In this document: positions 1-13,707 of the stretch, piece by piece | Position numbering within the stretch: position 1 is the stretch's first letter | How the letters are laid out: the number at the start of each line of letters is the position of its first letter | NCBI GenBank assembly: GCA_964234715.1 | Contig: OZ174275.1 | Origin: Podarcis melisellensis | Lineage: Eukaryota | Reading direction: 5' to 3' (one strand) | DNA length: 64,000 bases | Notes under the pieces: model-generated | The model's input: the letters and a program-made list of their open reading frames with translations, nothing else | Databases searched by the model: none | What the model was told of the DNA's origin: nothing | Translations under genes and position numbers: made by a program

Positions 1-613
1 TTCTGAATCACACTCTTTCTCTTTGCTTTTACCATTGGAAACAAATAGCCAGTAATGTGGAACTAAAATGGTGCTACACAAGACTCTAGGCTTCTACCTT
101 TCTCCCTTGTCACATTATATGTGCCACCTTCTTTCCAATTAAGATTCAGCTCTCTGTCTGTAAATGGTGGGCAGTCATCTCAGCCTTTGAATATGCAGTG
201 AAAGAGCACATCATTCCAGTAATTCCAGTCCATGTTGCTGAACCAGAGTTGCCTCATGGCTACTTTTCATGGTTTTGCCCTGATTCTGGCTGCTGTTCAA
301 TGCCATTAGCTGACTATGTATTTAGCCTTAGAGGGTTCAGCTATGCATTACATGCCCTTGTTTGTAGAAGGGAAAAGGCTGTTTCCTTGCTGCAAAGCAA
401 CACTGCGAAGAGGAGTAGGAAAACAGTGGGGTTGGGTTGCTTAAGGCTTCCCCACCCTACCACTTGATTTGCATAATTAACAAAAGATGCATAATGTGCA
501 AATTAGGCCACCTGGATTTCGGGGACTGGAATATAGCAGCTATATCCTGACTGCAGATGTGGTAATGATGGGCTTAATGTGTCTTCAGCAACTACAAAGC
601 TACCCTCACTCAA

Positions 614-754
614 AGGGGAATGAGGAATTGTCATTCACCAGATGTTGCTAGACTACAGCTCCCATTATCCCTGACCATTGGCCATCGAGGCTGGAGCTGA
701 TGGGAGTTGCAATCCAAAAACATCTTGAGGGGGGTGATGGGTTCTCCACTTCTG
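614..754. mobile_element. hAT MITE (same core family)
   Basis: ccagatgttgctagactacagctcccat...gatgggagttgcaatccaaaaacatct inverted core. Confidence 0.65.
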
Positions 755-3700
755 CAGTAAGCACTTAAGGGGATACTGTGGTGCTGTTTTCTGAATTTAG
801 TCATTGGCTCATTGAGTCACAGACATTGCTTCAAAATTTTCTTCTTCTTTTTAGTATACCAGAAGAAAAGTACCAGATGATACAGCAAAAGGGAAGTGCA
901 TGTTAGTTCAAATAAATAGGATGCTGAGGTTGGGATGGGGAGGATGAGAACAACTTGGGGTGACTGTGAAACTCTGAAAGAGTGGGTTTTAGGATCCTTA
1001 GCCCCCCACCAATTACAGAAGACATGGTAAAGAATGTGTTCCAGAAGAAGGCAACTACCATTCATAAAGAGTCCTAAATCACACCTGCAAATTAACAACA
1101 CTGATTAGCTTTTTACTTTGATTCTGACTCCCATGTAAATATGAAAGCAAAAAAATGAATACCATAACACATATTTATATTTTTATCGGGGAAATAGTGA
1201 GAATTTATAAAACTGCCAAATGTTGCATATTTGTATTTTGTTTTAGTCTGTTTTTGTGCATGCTTCTGGGGAAACAGCTGCTATTTACTGTATCTCTGAC
1301 ACTAAACATTTCAAACTTCAGTGCTCTCTTAAGCGAGGAATATGCTTGAGGAATTCTAATGGCTGCTCAAAGCTTTGAATTGTTTTCTTATTACATTTTA
1401 TTTCCTAAGTAACCCATTTAAGAATGAAACAGATAATTATACTTTTTATACATATTTACTTGATTTTCAGTGAAATGAGGACTGTCCAGATATTTGCTCT
1501 TGCATATTTTAGAATGCCTTGCAGATGCATGTATCCTTTTGATGGTTCTACTGTAGGAATGACCCTTCTACAATAGGATTGACTGGTCATGATAGCAGAA
1601 CCAATACGTTGTATCATTGGCATTTTATAAGTTAGACAAAAATATGCTGATCATAGGAGCTGCTCCCAGTAGTGGGTGGGATGGTGGGCTAGAGATGCTT
1701 ATCTGACCTGTTGGATGATGAATTGCTATTGCTTACCAAGGGAGGGTGGGGTGGTGCAAACATACCATCAGGAGCACCAGATTGCCTCCAGTGGTGCATT
1801 TATCCCATGCTGACCTCGCCACCCCCTCACCCCTCTAGTAAGCAGCAGCAATGCACTTGTCAGGAGGTTAGATAAGCATTTCTGCTTCAGGGTGCCATCT
1901 GCTACCAGCTGCCCCTCTTCAGGCCAAGATTAATTCTACTAGCTGTTTTCTAAAGAATTGCCATCATATCAAGGTCAAACCACTACACTACCCTGATTTA
2001 TTTTTGTAGTTGTGCTCCTGTTTTTGAGATCTGGTTGATGGATTTTTTCTGACTTTGAATAAAGTTGCAATACTAACCTATCTAGTGTAGACTGGCAAAG
2101 AGCTATTGGTGCATTCAGCTGTAAGAATGGTCCATGAAGCAGTTGGTGAGGTGGTTGGTGATACACTTCCTCGCTTTATTGTGGTGTTGGTGGGGGCATG
2201 GTTGGTTGTGGACCCATGGGCAGTGTACCCAGGGATGGGAAGGGGCAAGGTGGTGAACAGGTGAAAGAACTGATGCAACAATGTTCTGGAATTAAAACTG
2301 GCCACAACTTTATTGATTACAGATGTAGGTAGGCTTTGGCCTCGGCACTGGGTATGCATCCTGAATCAACCTCCCACCTGATGACTGAAGTTTAAAGGGG
2401 TTGTGCCCAGGTTAAGGAGCACCTGATGACATAGGTCAACTAAGCTGGCTCCATGGACCACAATCAGAAGTCTTATGACCTGTCTGCTCACCTCTTTTTC
2501 TTCAGGACAGGAATTCCCACCCAGACCTCTTTAAAGGGATACCCTGAGATACCACACCTGGGAGGGGGGGTGATGCAGCAGTTCATTTGAAATTTGAAAT
2601 CTTGGCAGGCTATCACGTTGTCCCCAATAGCTAGCCGGGTGCAAGGACTACTGGCAGCCATGAAGGAGAGGGGCCTGATCTCTCCCTTCCTTGTCCCCAG
2701 GAGCCATGCAGAGCTACAACAATCGCCCACCAAAAGAGGGTAATCAATCTTTTCTGATCCTTTACTAATTCTGTGTTTACAGCCGTAGCAATTGCTTATA
2801 CACATTAACCAATACATGGTCAGTAGTCCAGGATACACACCCACAGGTTTCCAACTGTGCATTGGCTATGTAATTTACACAGCCAAAATCCCCCATTAGT
2901 GAGTAATCCTCTCCTTAGGCTGTAATGCTGCAGTTATTCCACAAACTAAGGACTGTAATCAGTAGGTTGTCCATATCCCTTGATTAGTGATCTTGTTGTA
3001 TCATGTGCTTTGTTTTGCTTGTTTCAAGCTTAATTTCAAAATAAAAACCCAATGCTTAAAAAAAAAACCCCAAAGGAAGTGATTGGCCACATTCTGGAGA
3101 ATGTGAACAAGCAATTGTTTTGGCTGCAAAGAGAAGGAAAGTAAAAGGTCAAGTGCAAGTAACACAAAAAATAAAGGTAAAGTAGAGCCAACAATGCAAT
3201 GCTCACTATGTCACCAAGTGCCTTGGGGACCATTTGGCCTCAACATGAGGAGAAGGAGGTGGTTGCATCATGGTGACTTGGCCATGTTTCATTTTTTAGT
3301 TTTACATTTTAATGCAGATTAACTAAAGGAAGAGAGAGAGAAAGGCCTGTCAGCTCACATTAGCTATGCAATCTGCACATCTTTCTTAGATTATACATAC
3401 AGATCAAATTTTTGCCATCCAGTGCCTGAGTAGACAACTAAACAAAGCTGGTATTTATCGAATGTAGCAAGGGCTATGCTCCATATTAAAACATCTTAAT
3501 ACTGTTTCTTAAATGAGGACACGACAACTGAAGTTACGAGGAAAACCAGAAGACACTGTCCTGGGTTTAGTCTAAAGAAACAAAAAACAAATGTCAGATA
3601 TGTTGACAGAAGACTATAGTCCTGGACATTCTTACCTGGAAATAAGGACGGTAGAATGAAGGAATGCACACCACACATTGAAAGCAGGATCTTTTGAGGG

Positions 3701-6700
3701 GAGGTATTGTGCTTTAAATGGATGTTGCAGACATGAGCTTAGAAGTCAGGATAAACAATGGATTAGCAAGTAGCATCTTCATAATTCTCCTAAATATACA
3801 GGGATCCAAAGATCTACTTTAGGTGCACCAAAGTTATCACAGAAGATTTTTGATTTTTTCCCCCTTTGGACACCAGATAAAATAATAGTGCATCTCATTT
3901 CAGAACCTGCTTTTGCTTCCTTCTGTTTCAAAGGCAACACACCACAAGACATGGACAGCTCCTGTTTGAAAAGCACAAGTGCAGATCTTCCCTGGAAATG
4001 CAGCTAGTTGTGTTCCAACCAAGGGAAATAAATATAAAAATGTTGTTACCAGCTGTCTACAAATAGCACAATAATCTTCCCTGGGAGTTGTTAAAAGAAA
4101 AGTAGGCAGGATATGCTGTAAAGTGAACATACTCCTGATGGTAGCATTTTGCTGTACCAGAGATGATTGTGTTGTGTTGGGTGATCATTGGGGTACTTCC
4201 AGTGCTGCTTCTGGAACCTACATATATGAAGTGATCTTTGTTTCAGCAGCTACTGTACTTTAAAAGAACGAATTAAGCTGTTCTTTGTAATGAGATGTGC
4301 ATTATCTACATGCCATTAAACTTAACACGATCAGAGTAAGAACCCGCATATCTGCTAAGTTTTAATAATATAGTACAAACACTACCTGAGTTGCAGATAT
4401 AATTAAGATGTCTCCTTTTCCCCTCATTTTCTTTCTTTCTTTCTTTCTTTCTTCTTTTTGCTAATATAAAGGAAGAAAACCTAAGTATAAAGAGCAAGTG
4501 ACATACTGCAGATGGAGTCTTCGTAATATTCATTTTCCCATTCTTCTTTCCTTTTCATTTTAAAGCAACAGAAATGGAAGAAGGAAGCCACAGTGGCATA
4601 TCTGCTAACAACTACAGAAAAGAAAGTGTTTTGACTGATAATGACCTCAGCAACAAACATTACCATAGGATCAGTAAATCTAATTGCAGGCTCATCTCTC
4701 CTTAGGACATAACACTTTCAATACTCCTCTGCTGGCATTATAGGACTTGATCATTCTTACATGACAGATAAGCAGAATGCCTCTCCTTATTTGTGGCGGA
4801 GATCAAAGTTTTAGAACACAATATAGGAAATGGATCTTTCAGCATCTTCCCCTTGCCAGCCTGTATGTGATGGAGATTTATTTTCCTCTCAAGACAGCAG
4901 TTCTGTAAAGGATTTCATTGCTCCATGATAAAGAATACTTAAGCAGATGTGTTAAAACATGGAGATTTGCACATGCAGCCTTGTATTATTCCCTTAAAAA
5001 AAGAAAAAAAGAAAACTTCCACACATCACAACTAGATTTTGTTGTTAATAATATTCAAAGCTCTGTATACATTATATTTTCAAGGTTCTATATCAGAAGC
5101 TTTTAACCATCACCTTCCTTCCCTCACTTACTTTCTTTCCCCACATTTCCATTTAAGAGTGACCTTCCATTTACAACACAGTATTTGTTTTCATTTCACA
5201 AACACTGGGCAACGTTCTGTAATGGCTGAGAAAGGTATTTGATTTTTTTATGTAATGGAAGATAAAATATATTTTTATTACTACTCCTTGGAGTAGATTT
5301 AGCTGTTTACCAGTTTGAGATGTGTATGTCAGAAGGTAATCTGAGATCAGACTAACATAGGATTAAACCCATGTATCCATTCATTTGTACACAAAGCATG
5401 TCTTTAAATACTGTAGCTGTCAGTATTTAACTAGTTTTAAATTGTCTTCAACCAACTCAAGCAACTGTATAACATTTTTCATGGGTGGCACAACTCATTT
5501 TGCTGCTTGAGGTGGAATGGCAAGTGCTGCCCTGCCACCGCTGCCACCACCACCACCACACCTGCTGCTGCCACTCCTGCCTGCTGCCTGTCACATCTTC
5601 CATTGGCGGAGAAGTGGTGCCACTATTGGCACCCGTCTCGGGCAGGATTGTGCTGATTTGGGATGAGATCTTGCCCCAAATAGATGTGGGATGTGATCTT
5701 GCTCAAAATTGGTGCCAATGGATGTGGTGCTTCTCTGTCGCTGGCAGAGGACAGGCAGGGTGCACAGAGGTGTGCTGCATCAGGAGCTTCTGCTGCCACG
5801 TCAGTGGCCTCACCCTGCTTTCATTTTCACATAAATCCGGAAAAAGAGTTGGTTCCAAAATGATGCTGGTCAGGTAAAATCTAGTGTACATTTTTTCTGC
5901 AGTGCAGTGGTTTGTCTGATTTCCCCAGGGTTCTAACTTCCCGTCTTCAAGGAAAGAGGCTGTGGATGCAGAGGATATATACTGTACTGGGAAAAGGTAT
6001 GGACCTCAGAACCAGTCTTTGATGTACCCACCTTCTCTGAAGCTCCATCACCCGAGGAACCAGTTTCTCTCTGCTCTGAAGAACTGGATTACTTTCTTCA
6101 AACTCTGACAACTCCAGCTCAGAGGTTATAATAGAACCTCTCCGCCCGCCATGTTTAAGAGTCAATGGCTCTTAAAATAAGCTGGGCCTCTTAAGAGAAA
6201 AGTCTCCACTCATTAAGGTTGGGGCAAGATGGAATCCTGCTTAAGGCTCCATAAGGACTTTCTGGTTGCTAGAGTAACATTCAAGCCTTCCTTGTCTAAC
6301 TTGAGCCCATGCATCACTTGGAGCTATCCAGAGTGCTAGCTGTTTTACCCACTTGCCTTTACATCTGTTTTGCCTGATGCTTCTTATCTGGCCCTATCCT
6401 CTGAATTATGTGACTTTGACCTGTTGGAACCTGACCGCCATTTGACCTGACTTTTGCTTACTGGATCCTGAACTGTGATTAGCAGTCTACTGACCTTTCA
6501 ACACTTGAATCTGTGCTGCGACAGACCAGCCTTATTATCACCTTGTTCCCTTTCCAAAACAAGGAGAGGCTGTCATAGCATGACATCATTGCTCCTGCTA
6601 AGAAGAAGAAGAAAGTCCTGGAGTTGTGCTTCCTTGTGTTTCCTCTTCACTACACCACTGCCAAGGAGCAAGTCAGCAGCAAAGGACAAGCCAGGAGATC

Positions 6701-7394
6701 AAAGCAAGTAACAGGCCAAAAGTCAGGACTGAAGAATAATAAAAGATTCAGGAACCAGAGCTTCAGCCTTGAAATCTGGTACCTCAAGCCATGTTGACTC
6801 TCATAACTATTCCTGGATGACCCAAGACTACTGGGACCTGCTGGGGAGCCATGACCCACCCTTCTGGAATCGTTAGCATCTGTGGAGTGGAACAGTTCAT
6901 CTGTTACCTGGGATAGTTGCTGGAATGATATAGAAGTGCAGTGTATGGCAGCAAGACCAAGGACTCTTCCTCACAACTTGCCCCATATTCTGCCCTAGGA
7001 AATTGTCCTATTCTATAAAGTTTCTTTGTTCTCCCTTGATAAACAGTTTACCGTGGGCAGAAGAAAGGAGAAATGTCTTTTGGGGGCTTTGTTTTGGGAA
7101 TCAGACAAAACAGGAATTGTTGCCTCAGGTTGCTTAGGCGACACTCTTAAAGCCTGACATCAAACAGCTTGAAGTCCAACATTTCTTTACAATGAAGTCA
7201 TTTGGCTTATGTCATTGCATTCATATAACCTGGTGCGACAAACTTTGCACCAGACAATAAGGAATACAGCCTTTGCGCTGCTGGTGTGAGCCAACATGGC
7301 TTGTAGTAGCGCACTAGATTTGAAGCCACTATTATGAAACACAGCACTGTGATATCACTCAAAGTTGTCACGTAGAATGAAATGGTTGAGTAGG

Positions 7395-7572
7395 GTTACA
7401 GATAGGTAGCCGTGTTGGTCTGCCATAGTCAAAACAAAAAAAATTCCTTCCAGTAGCACCTTAAAGACCAACTAAGTTAGTTCTTGGTATGAGCTTTCGT
7501 GTGCATGCACACTTCTTCAGATACACTAAGTTAGTTCTTGGTATGAGCTTTCGTGTGCATGCACACTTCTTC
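7395..7572 (-). mobile_element. Short Penelope-like element (pLTR fragment) with partial tandem repeat
   Basis: Flanked by a perfect 12-bp duplication TGGTTGAGTAGG (7383-7394 and 7573-7584). Contains the reptile PLE-terminal signature gtagcacctt...gaccaactaag...gtatgagctttcgtgtgcatgcacacttcttcagatac. A 48-bp direct repeat occurs at 7471-7518 and 7525-7572. Confidence 0.85.
7487..7524 (-). ncRNA. Minimal type I hammerhead ribozyme motif
   Basis: Minus strand reads GUAU CUGAAGA A GUGUG CAUG CACAC GAAA GC UC AUAC: stem I GUAU/AUAC, core CUGANGA, stem II GUGUG/CACAC, core GAAA, palindromic AGCU in place of stem III, and an NUH cleavage triplet (CUC). Confidence 0.8.
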
Positions 7573-8297
7573 TGGTTGAGTAGGTAAGAGCAGTATAGTC
7601 AACTCACTTGACATGCTGTCATGGGAAAGCTTGTTGTGTGTTAGCATGCACAATGTGATGGATAGTTGAAAATTGCCTGATATCCGTGCGATACTAATTT
7701 TATAGGAATTGTTGTGACCATGAAACAACTGAACAAAAATACCATGGCTTATTTGTTCCTTCAATACCATTAGAAAATTATTACTTTTTATTATTAGAAC
7801 AAAAAGCCTTTTCCTTTTTTTTTAACTTAACTTTTTTCTTAGGGGCTTACTTAAAGCTTTAGGCATTAAAGCAGTGGTGGATAATATCAAGGAGTAGAAG
7901 CCTTTTTGAATCAATAACCTTTTGGAACACAAGGTCTCAATTATCTGCTGCTAACTGTCCATCACTTTCAAAGGCATCCATTATGGCCGTGTAAGTATAC
8001 TCCAGTAATGCAGCTGAAGTCGTTTTGAGTGACTGTCTCTCAGGTCTGCCAGTGAAGTGCAAATCAGGCAGGGAAGTGTTTGCTGTCTTCGCTCTGCCTT
8101 TAAACCATTTGTGGCAGGGGGCTTGAGAGAAATGTTGGTCCCTAGAGAAAACTAAAGCTCATTGGTTTTTACTTGCCCTGAAATAATATGTAGCCCACTC
8201 ACAGGTCCTTATAATATCAGTGGAACTAGTTGGTCCTGGTGAGTATTAACTGCTTTCAATTTTAACTTGAGGATGGCCATTTGTCCAGCCTAATTTT

Positions 8298-8424
8298 AAT
8301 TTATTTGAATTAATTTTGGGATGCATTTTAATCAATTGTTTGTTTGTTTTCATGTATATTGTGTTTTTATATGATGTTAGCCGCTCCGAGCCCAGCTCCA
8401 ACAGGGGAGGGCGGGATACAAATA

Positions 8425-8466
<42 letters not shown>
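8298..8466 (+). mobile_element. L2 3' UTR remnant with (AAT)n tail
   Basis: T-rich tract, then gttagccgctccgagccc...gggcgggatacaaataaat and (AAT)n. Confidence 0.7.
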
Positions 8467-8619
8467 TACTCACCAGTGACAGCTTCAAATCAGAATAATC
8501 CAGTTCGCAGTTAGGAGTATTCCATATTCTAAAAAAAGCAAACTTTGATTAAAGGAAATAACATAATTAACTTGCAAGCTATTTCTGTATCTGATCTGAT
8601 CCAACAAAACATTTTGTTA

Positions 8620-8830
8620 TGTTTTTAATATATGTCCCATCTTTCCTCCAGCACATTCAAAGTGGCATACATGGTTTTATTGTACTCCTAGTTTTATTTT
8701 CACAATCCAGTGAGGTAAGCTAGACTGAGGGATAGGGCCTGTTCCAAGGTCACCTAGGGAACTTTGGCACTGAGTAAGGATTTGAACCTGAGTCTCCACA
8801 GTCCTCATGAAATGGTCTAACCATTACAAT
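8620..8830 (-). mobile_element. Old MIR/Squam3-like SINE
   Basis: ccaaggtcacc...ggatttgaacctgagtctcc...ctaaccattac is a reverse-strand tRNA head and core. Confidence 0.55.
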
Positions 8831-9374
8831 CAGAGACATATTTAGGGCAACACAACTGGTTCAGTTGCACTGGGCGCAGAGCCTAGAGGGCGCCACAACT
8901 ATTATATAGACTGAAAGGTTGGGGGGCATTGATTTTTGGAATTTTGGCATTGCATGGGGTGCTGCTGAAATTTGAGACCTCGAGACCTGCCACTGCTACA
9001 GTGCACTGTCTCTCTGCAAGTGACCAGGCAGGGAGCAGGGAATTACGTCTGCCTCAGAGTTGATGGCTTCTCATGTTTCTGTAATGGTAAAGTGATTGTA
9101 AGAACCAGATGTTAAAAGGTGGTCTAATTTCTTCTTGCAGTTCATTAAACTTTGCATTGGGAACAAACAGCTGTTGTAACATTCTCCAGCATCAAATTGC
9201 AAATGTACCATACTGCAGATAACCCTGGAGGTGACATTTCCATCTACTAATACAAGCACCAGCAGTAACAGTGGCATGTCTTTTTTAAACTGGAGGCATG
9301 TTAATACTGTGAAAGCTTTCAGTGGCCCCATTATACCAGCATTTTAAGACAACTCCAACAAAAGGGTTGTGAGC

Positions 9375-9625
9375 TTTAGTTAATAGCCATTGAATATCTT
9401 CATGCCCATCGGTTTTCTCTCTTATCTTTTTTACTCAGTTATTACTTGCCATTAGGACACCTTGCGCCAAATTGTAAGATGTATGGAAAGAAATCTCTTC
9501 CTTTCATATATTTCAAAGTTGCTCCCTGGTGTTTTTATTGAATGCCCCCTAGTTCTAGTAATGATGTCAAATAGTAAGGAACACTTACTGGTTTCTATCC
9601 CAACTCGTCATGTTTTAATTTACTT
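9375..9625 (-). mobile_element. Degraded CR1 LINE 3' fragment
   Basis: taatagccattga..., aagaaatctcttccttt..., ttattgaatgccccctagttctagt resemble the reverse-strand CR1 ORF2 end. Confidence 0.5.
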
Positions 9626-11553
9626 CTTACCATCTCACTTTACCAGTCAATCGATCAGTCAATCCCCTTTTCTCTCACTAGCCTTTTTAAATGCAGAGTC
9701 AGTATTGTAAAAAGGCTGCCTGATGGAGTATACTTATTTTTCCCTTTCCCCTTTTTTCCATCTATCTGTCTGTCTGTGAGTGTTAGTGTTCCTTTGATAA
9801 ATTATCAGAAGTCTTCTGGAGATCGTAAAGCCCTCTTAGATATACTGTGCTGAATTTTTCGTTCCCCACATTTGTCAAACATTTTTCTGTTAGCTATAGC
9901 TGCTGAAGGTTGTGACTGTAAGCCAGTTTGTTTCTTTTCATCTGGCCGCATTCTGTTTTTTTGCTTGGTTTTTCTAAAGCTGGCACTCCTGCTAACCTTG
10001 TGTGTGACTTTAGAAGGAAATATGAAATTCTTCCAGCGCAAGGTCCTTTGAATTGCAGGAATCATTCTCTTCAAACCGATCTCTGCACCTGGTTTGGTAT
10101 TCAGATAGCGATGCATTCAGAACTCCAGAATATTTTGAAAAATATTCTGTTTGTGCCAATGACACTCTACATATTTCTCTCTGCATGCTCATTTTTAATG
10201 TCCTTTCATTCTGTGAGATTGTTATAATATCAATAAGAGCCAGCTACTGCAGCTCTGCTAATGAAAGGGTTTAATGCAGATTTACTGCACATTTTAATAC
10301 TAGTGTATTCTCCATACCTATAGCACTATAAATCAGTCAAGACTTGGTTTGCTCTGTCTTAAAAAAGGAAATTCTCCAATACTTTCCTCTTTGTAGCTCG
10401 GACTTGGAAAACCAGTGCAAATAAAATAGCAAAATCATAGAAATTTCTGTGTCATCAGTTTGAAGGCAAAGTTGCCTCAGTGTCCTTCTTGCACCTTGAA
10501 CAGATATTGGTAAATGTTTTCAGTGAAGGCCAAATCATTCATTTCTATGGGAGCTGTAGGAATGACCTTCTGCCTTCTGAAAATTGCAAATGATTTTCGA
10601 AGGGGGAGTGGACATCCAAAGCTTATAGTTGGCTTATTCTTTACCAGCAAAGCATGCATACATAGATTTGCTCAATCTTGAGGGTTGCTTTCTTCAGCAC
10701 TATTCAGATATTCAATTATATTCAGAATGTAGGCCAATGAATGCAATGTACTCAACACTACGAAAATCCACGGGATATTTTTATTCAGTTCAATTTGTGG
10801 GAGCAATGAATGCAAAGTGTGAAAAATGCCTACTATTTCAATAGCTAGAAGTTACAATAAAGCTTGTTTAAAGATTTGCTCAGCATTTTAGAATACCAAA
10901 TACATAAAATCCATTCGATTCTACCATAAAAAGTTTTATAGCAAAATCTCTGAAATCTACATTTGATGAGAACGAATTGTAATTAAACTTTAGAGCTTAC
11001 AGATGCTGTATTCCAAGTCTGGTACGCATGTTGAGAAAGAGACAGCTATGCAAATAAAACTCTGGGCCACAAACACTAACTTGCTTGCTGAAATTCCTAG
11101 TCCCTTGCAATGATCCAGCATTCTGTACTATTCAAATCACACCTAGAAATTCACAAGAATAGCAGCTTCCTACTTTTCTGCAGTGTCTGGTGGGGCAAAA
11201 TGTTCTAAGATTAATATGTTCGGTTTGAGAGGATGGCTGCTAAGGGGTGAAAGATTAATGAAAGTCCGTTTCCGTGCTTATCTGTCTTTGTCATTCATTT
11301 GGTATAATCATTCCATTATGAGGTTCATAATGCGTTTCCTACTGCTTAGGTGTATTTTTTCAAATGTGACTTTAAGACAGCAAGTGTTTGCTGGTCCAGT
11401 CACTACTTTTCTTTTAATTTCTGTTGAGTGTAATAACAGCTCACATCTATGGTCAGGTTGCAGGACTGTGAAAATTTATATAGACCTTTTGTATTCTTCT
11501 AATGTAAACTAATACTGGATTTCAGAGAGAAGCATGAAATATATAAATACAGA

Positions 11554-11767
11554 GGGCTGGATCCAACAAAGCCATTCCATGAGCAGAATGACCTCTGCCC
11601 ACACAGTGGGATTTCCTTTCCCTCTCCTCCCTCTGTGCATCCATTTTTATTTTATTTTTTGAGGGAGGGGGTTACTAGTGGTACATGGTGTGAGGAAAGA
11701 GAACTGCAGTTCCATTGTGAGAGTGGAAATTGTTCCACTAATGTAGTGACATTGTTGAATACAGCCC
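11554..11767. mobile_element. Harbinger-like MITE
   Basis: Termini gggctggatccaac / gttgaatacagccc with a 3-bp duplication AGA on both sides. Confidence 0.6.
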
Positions 11768-13172
11768 AGAGATACAACTACCTAGATTTTTTAGAAGTGG
11801 CATTCCTTCTTACAATCAGTATTATATATGGGGAAGAGTTAGTTTACTACAGGAGCTGATGTGGTGGCTTCTTTCTACATACAAGAAATAGGTGGGGTTG
11901 CTGTCCTCTGTTCAGAACACACAGATGTGTAGTACATAATTTTTAGACCATATAAAAGAGAAAAGGCATGCATATATGGGTCTAGTACTCCCAGAGATAA
12001 TGAGTACCTTCATTTATAACATTTAATCTTCTAGAGAGGATATCCCTCTTCACTGACAAGGGTAACCTTTATGTCGACTGCTGGATGAGCTGCCAGTTAA
12101 GAGAGAATTTAAGAGACAAAGCAATCACAATTTAACTATTAGCATTTTAGGAGTCATTATTAAAATATTGATTTAAGGTTCTGCTGGGTCTGTGCAAACT
12201 GATTAAAGTATTGTCTTGACATGGGGGGGGGGCGGAATCACCAATGTTTTCAAGTTGTTATTTTTCTTCACTGATATAACTTTCATCCAAATAAATATAT
12301 TCCAGCTTTTTTTATTTATTTAATAAAAAAAGTGTGTATATAAACATGCGTTTAACTTTATTCCCTTTTCTTCTCATTTTGCAATTCCAATCCACTTCAG
12401 AGGCAATGAAAACAACACAGATAGCCATTAAAGTGTAGATTAATCAGTAATCTTCGTAATGATGCAGCCAGCTTGTTGAAGATGTAATAGAATCTCAGTC
12501 CAATTATTGCATCATTCCACAGCTTTATAGGACAAAATATCAGCCTAACATGAAATCATAGAGCTTAACTAGATTGCTGGAGCTGAATTGTAATGTGTGA
12601 GAAAAGAACCAGCCATTAATATGGGACAGCGTTCTTTGGAGGAATCTTGCCATCTTAAGATCTAGCCTCATTTTTTTAAAGTATTACTTTAATCAAAACA
12701 TATCAGCTTACAATATTTTTTTTAAAAAAACAACCCCAATTTTCATTGCCTAAAATCAATTCACTCAGGTTGAAATTTGAGTAACCAAAACCACACACTT
12801 TAGCTGGGTCCATGATCATATGGAGCACACTTATACCTGGAAATCATTTTGAATTCCAGCAGTCCCTTCCAAATCCCCAATTCTGTAAAATTTTTGGGTC
12901 AAAGTGAACTGGGTCAAATATCACTGCAACCTCTGTGAGAGTGCACTGTAAATTGTCAGCAGTAACAGCCCGTGGAAATAAGGGGGAAATTATTCTTAAT
13001 ATACCTTTCGTACTACTTTGCCATAGAACTGGCTAACAAACTGGTGGACAAGAAGCTATTATTAATAGGCAACTGAGGAAAACTGGTGTGTAATGTAGCT
13101 TGCAAGTTTAGTTGCTGCAGGCAGATCCACAGCATTCTATGCACATAAATAAATGTTGTTATATGTGTGTGC

Positions 13173-13173
<1 letters not shown>

Positions 13174-13220
<47 letters not shown>
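13174..13220. repeat. (AT)n microsatellite
   Basis: Uninterrupted TA run. Confidence 0.95.
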
Positions 13221-13222
<2 letters not shown>

Positions 13223-13707
13223 AGTTTATAGTGCCAATAGGCCATGCTCGTGTTTCTGTGTCCTTTAAGCACATGGAGACTTTGAGACTCCTTCCTTGTT
13301 GCAGATAATTTAAATGCCAAGATCTTTCTACTGTGTTTGTGCAGTTCAGAAAAGACAACCTGTTATGGGAAGCAGTGCTCTATAATTGCACTGAAACACC
13401 AGTGTCCCCCAAAAGTTCTGTCGCTGGAGTCATGGGACAGAGTACATCAGAATGTGTATTAATCATTTCATCACTACATTAAGCTATGCATTCTTTGTTC
13501 CAGGGACCTATGTAGTTTCAATTCTGAAAAACAAACAAGCATCTTTCTAAATAACCTGTATACAGATTTAAAAAATGTTATTGACTTCATTAGTTCAGTG
13601 CTTTTGAGATACTGATTGGAAGGAAAACACTATAGATACTTGCTTCTTAACTTTTCCTATGTCTCTGCAGCACTCACTGTTTTCTTTTCTGCATTTATTT
13701 TGTCCAG

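Noticed and set aside
5900-6880. Possible solo LTRs (also about 2280-2720 and 48760-49050)
   Set aside because: Composition is suggestive, but I could not define TG...CA ends or TSDs.
8878-8897. CTCF-like cctagagggcgcc
   Set aside because: Lacks the 5' CC of the core motif and sits in probable transposon debris.
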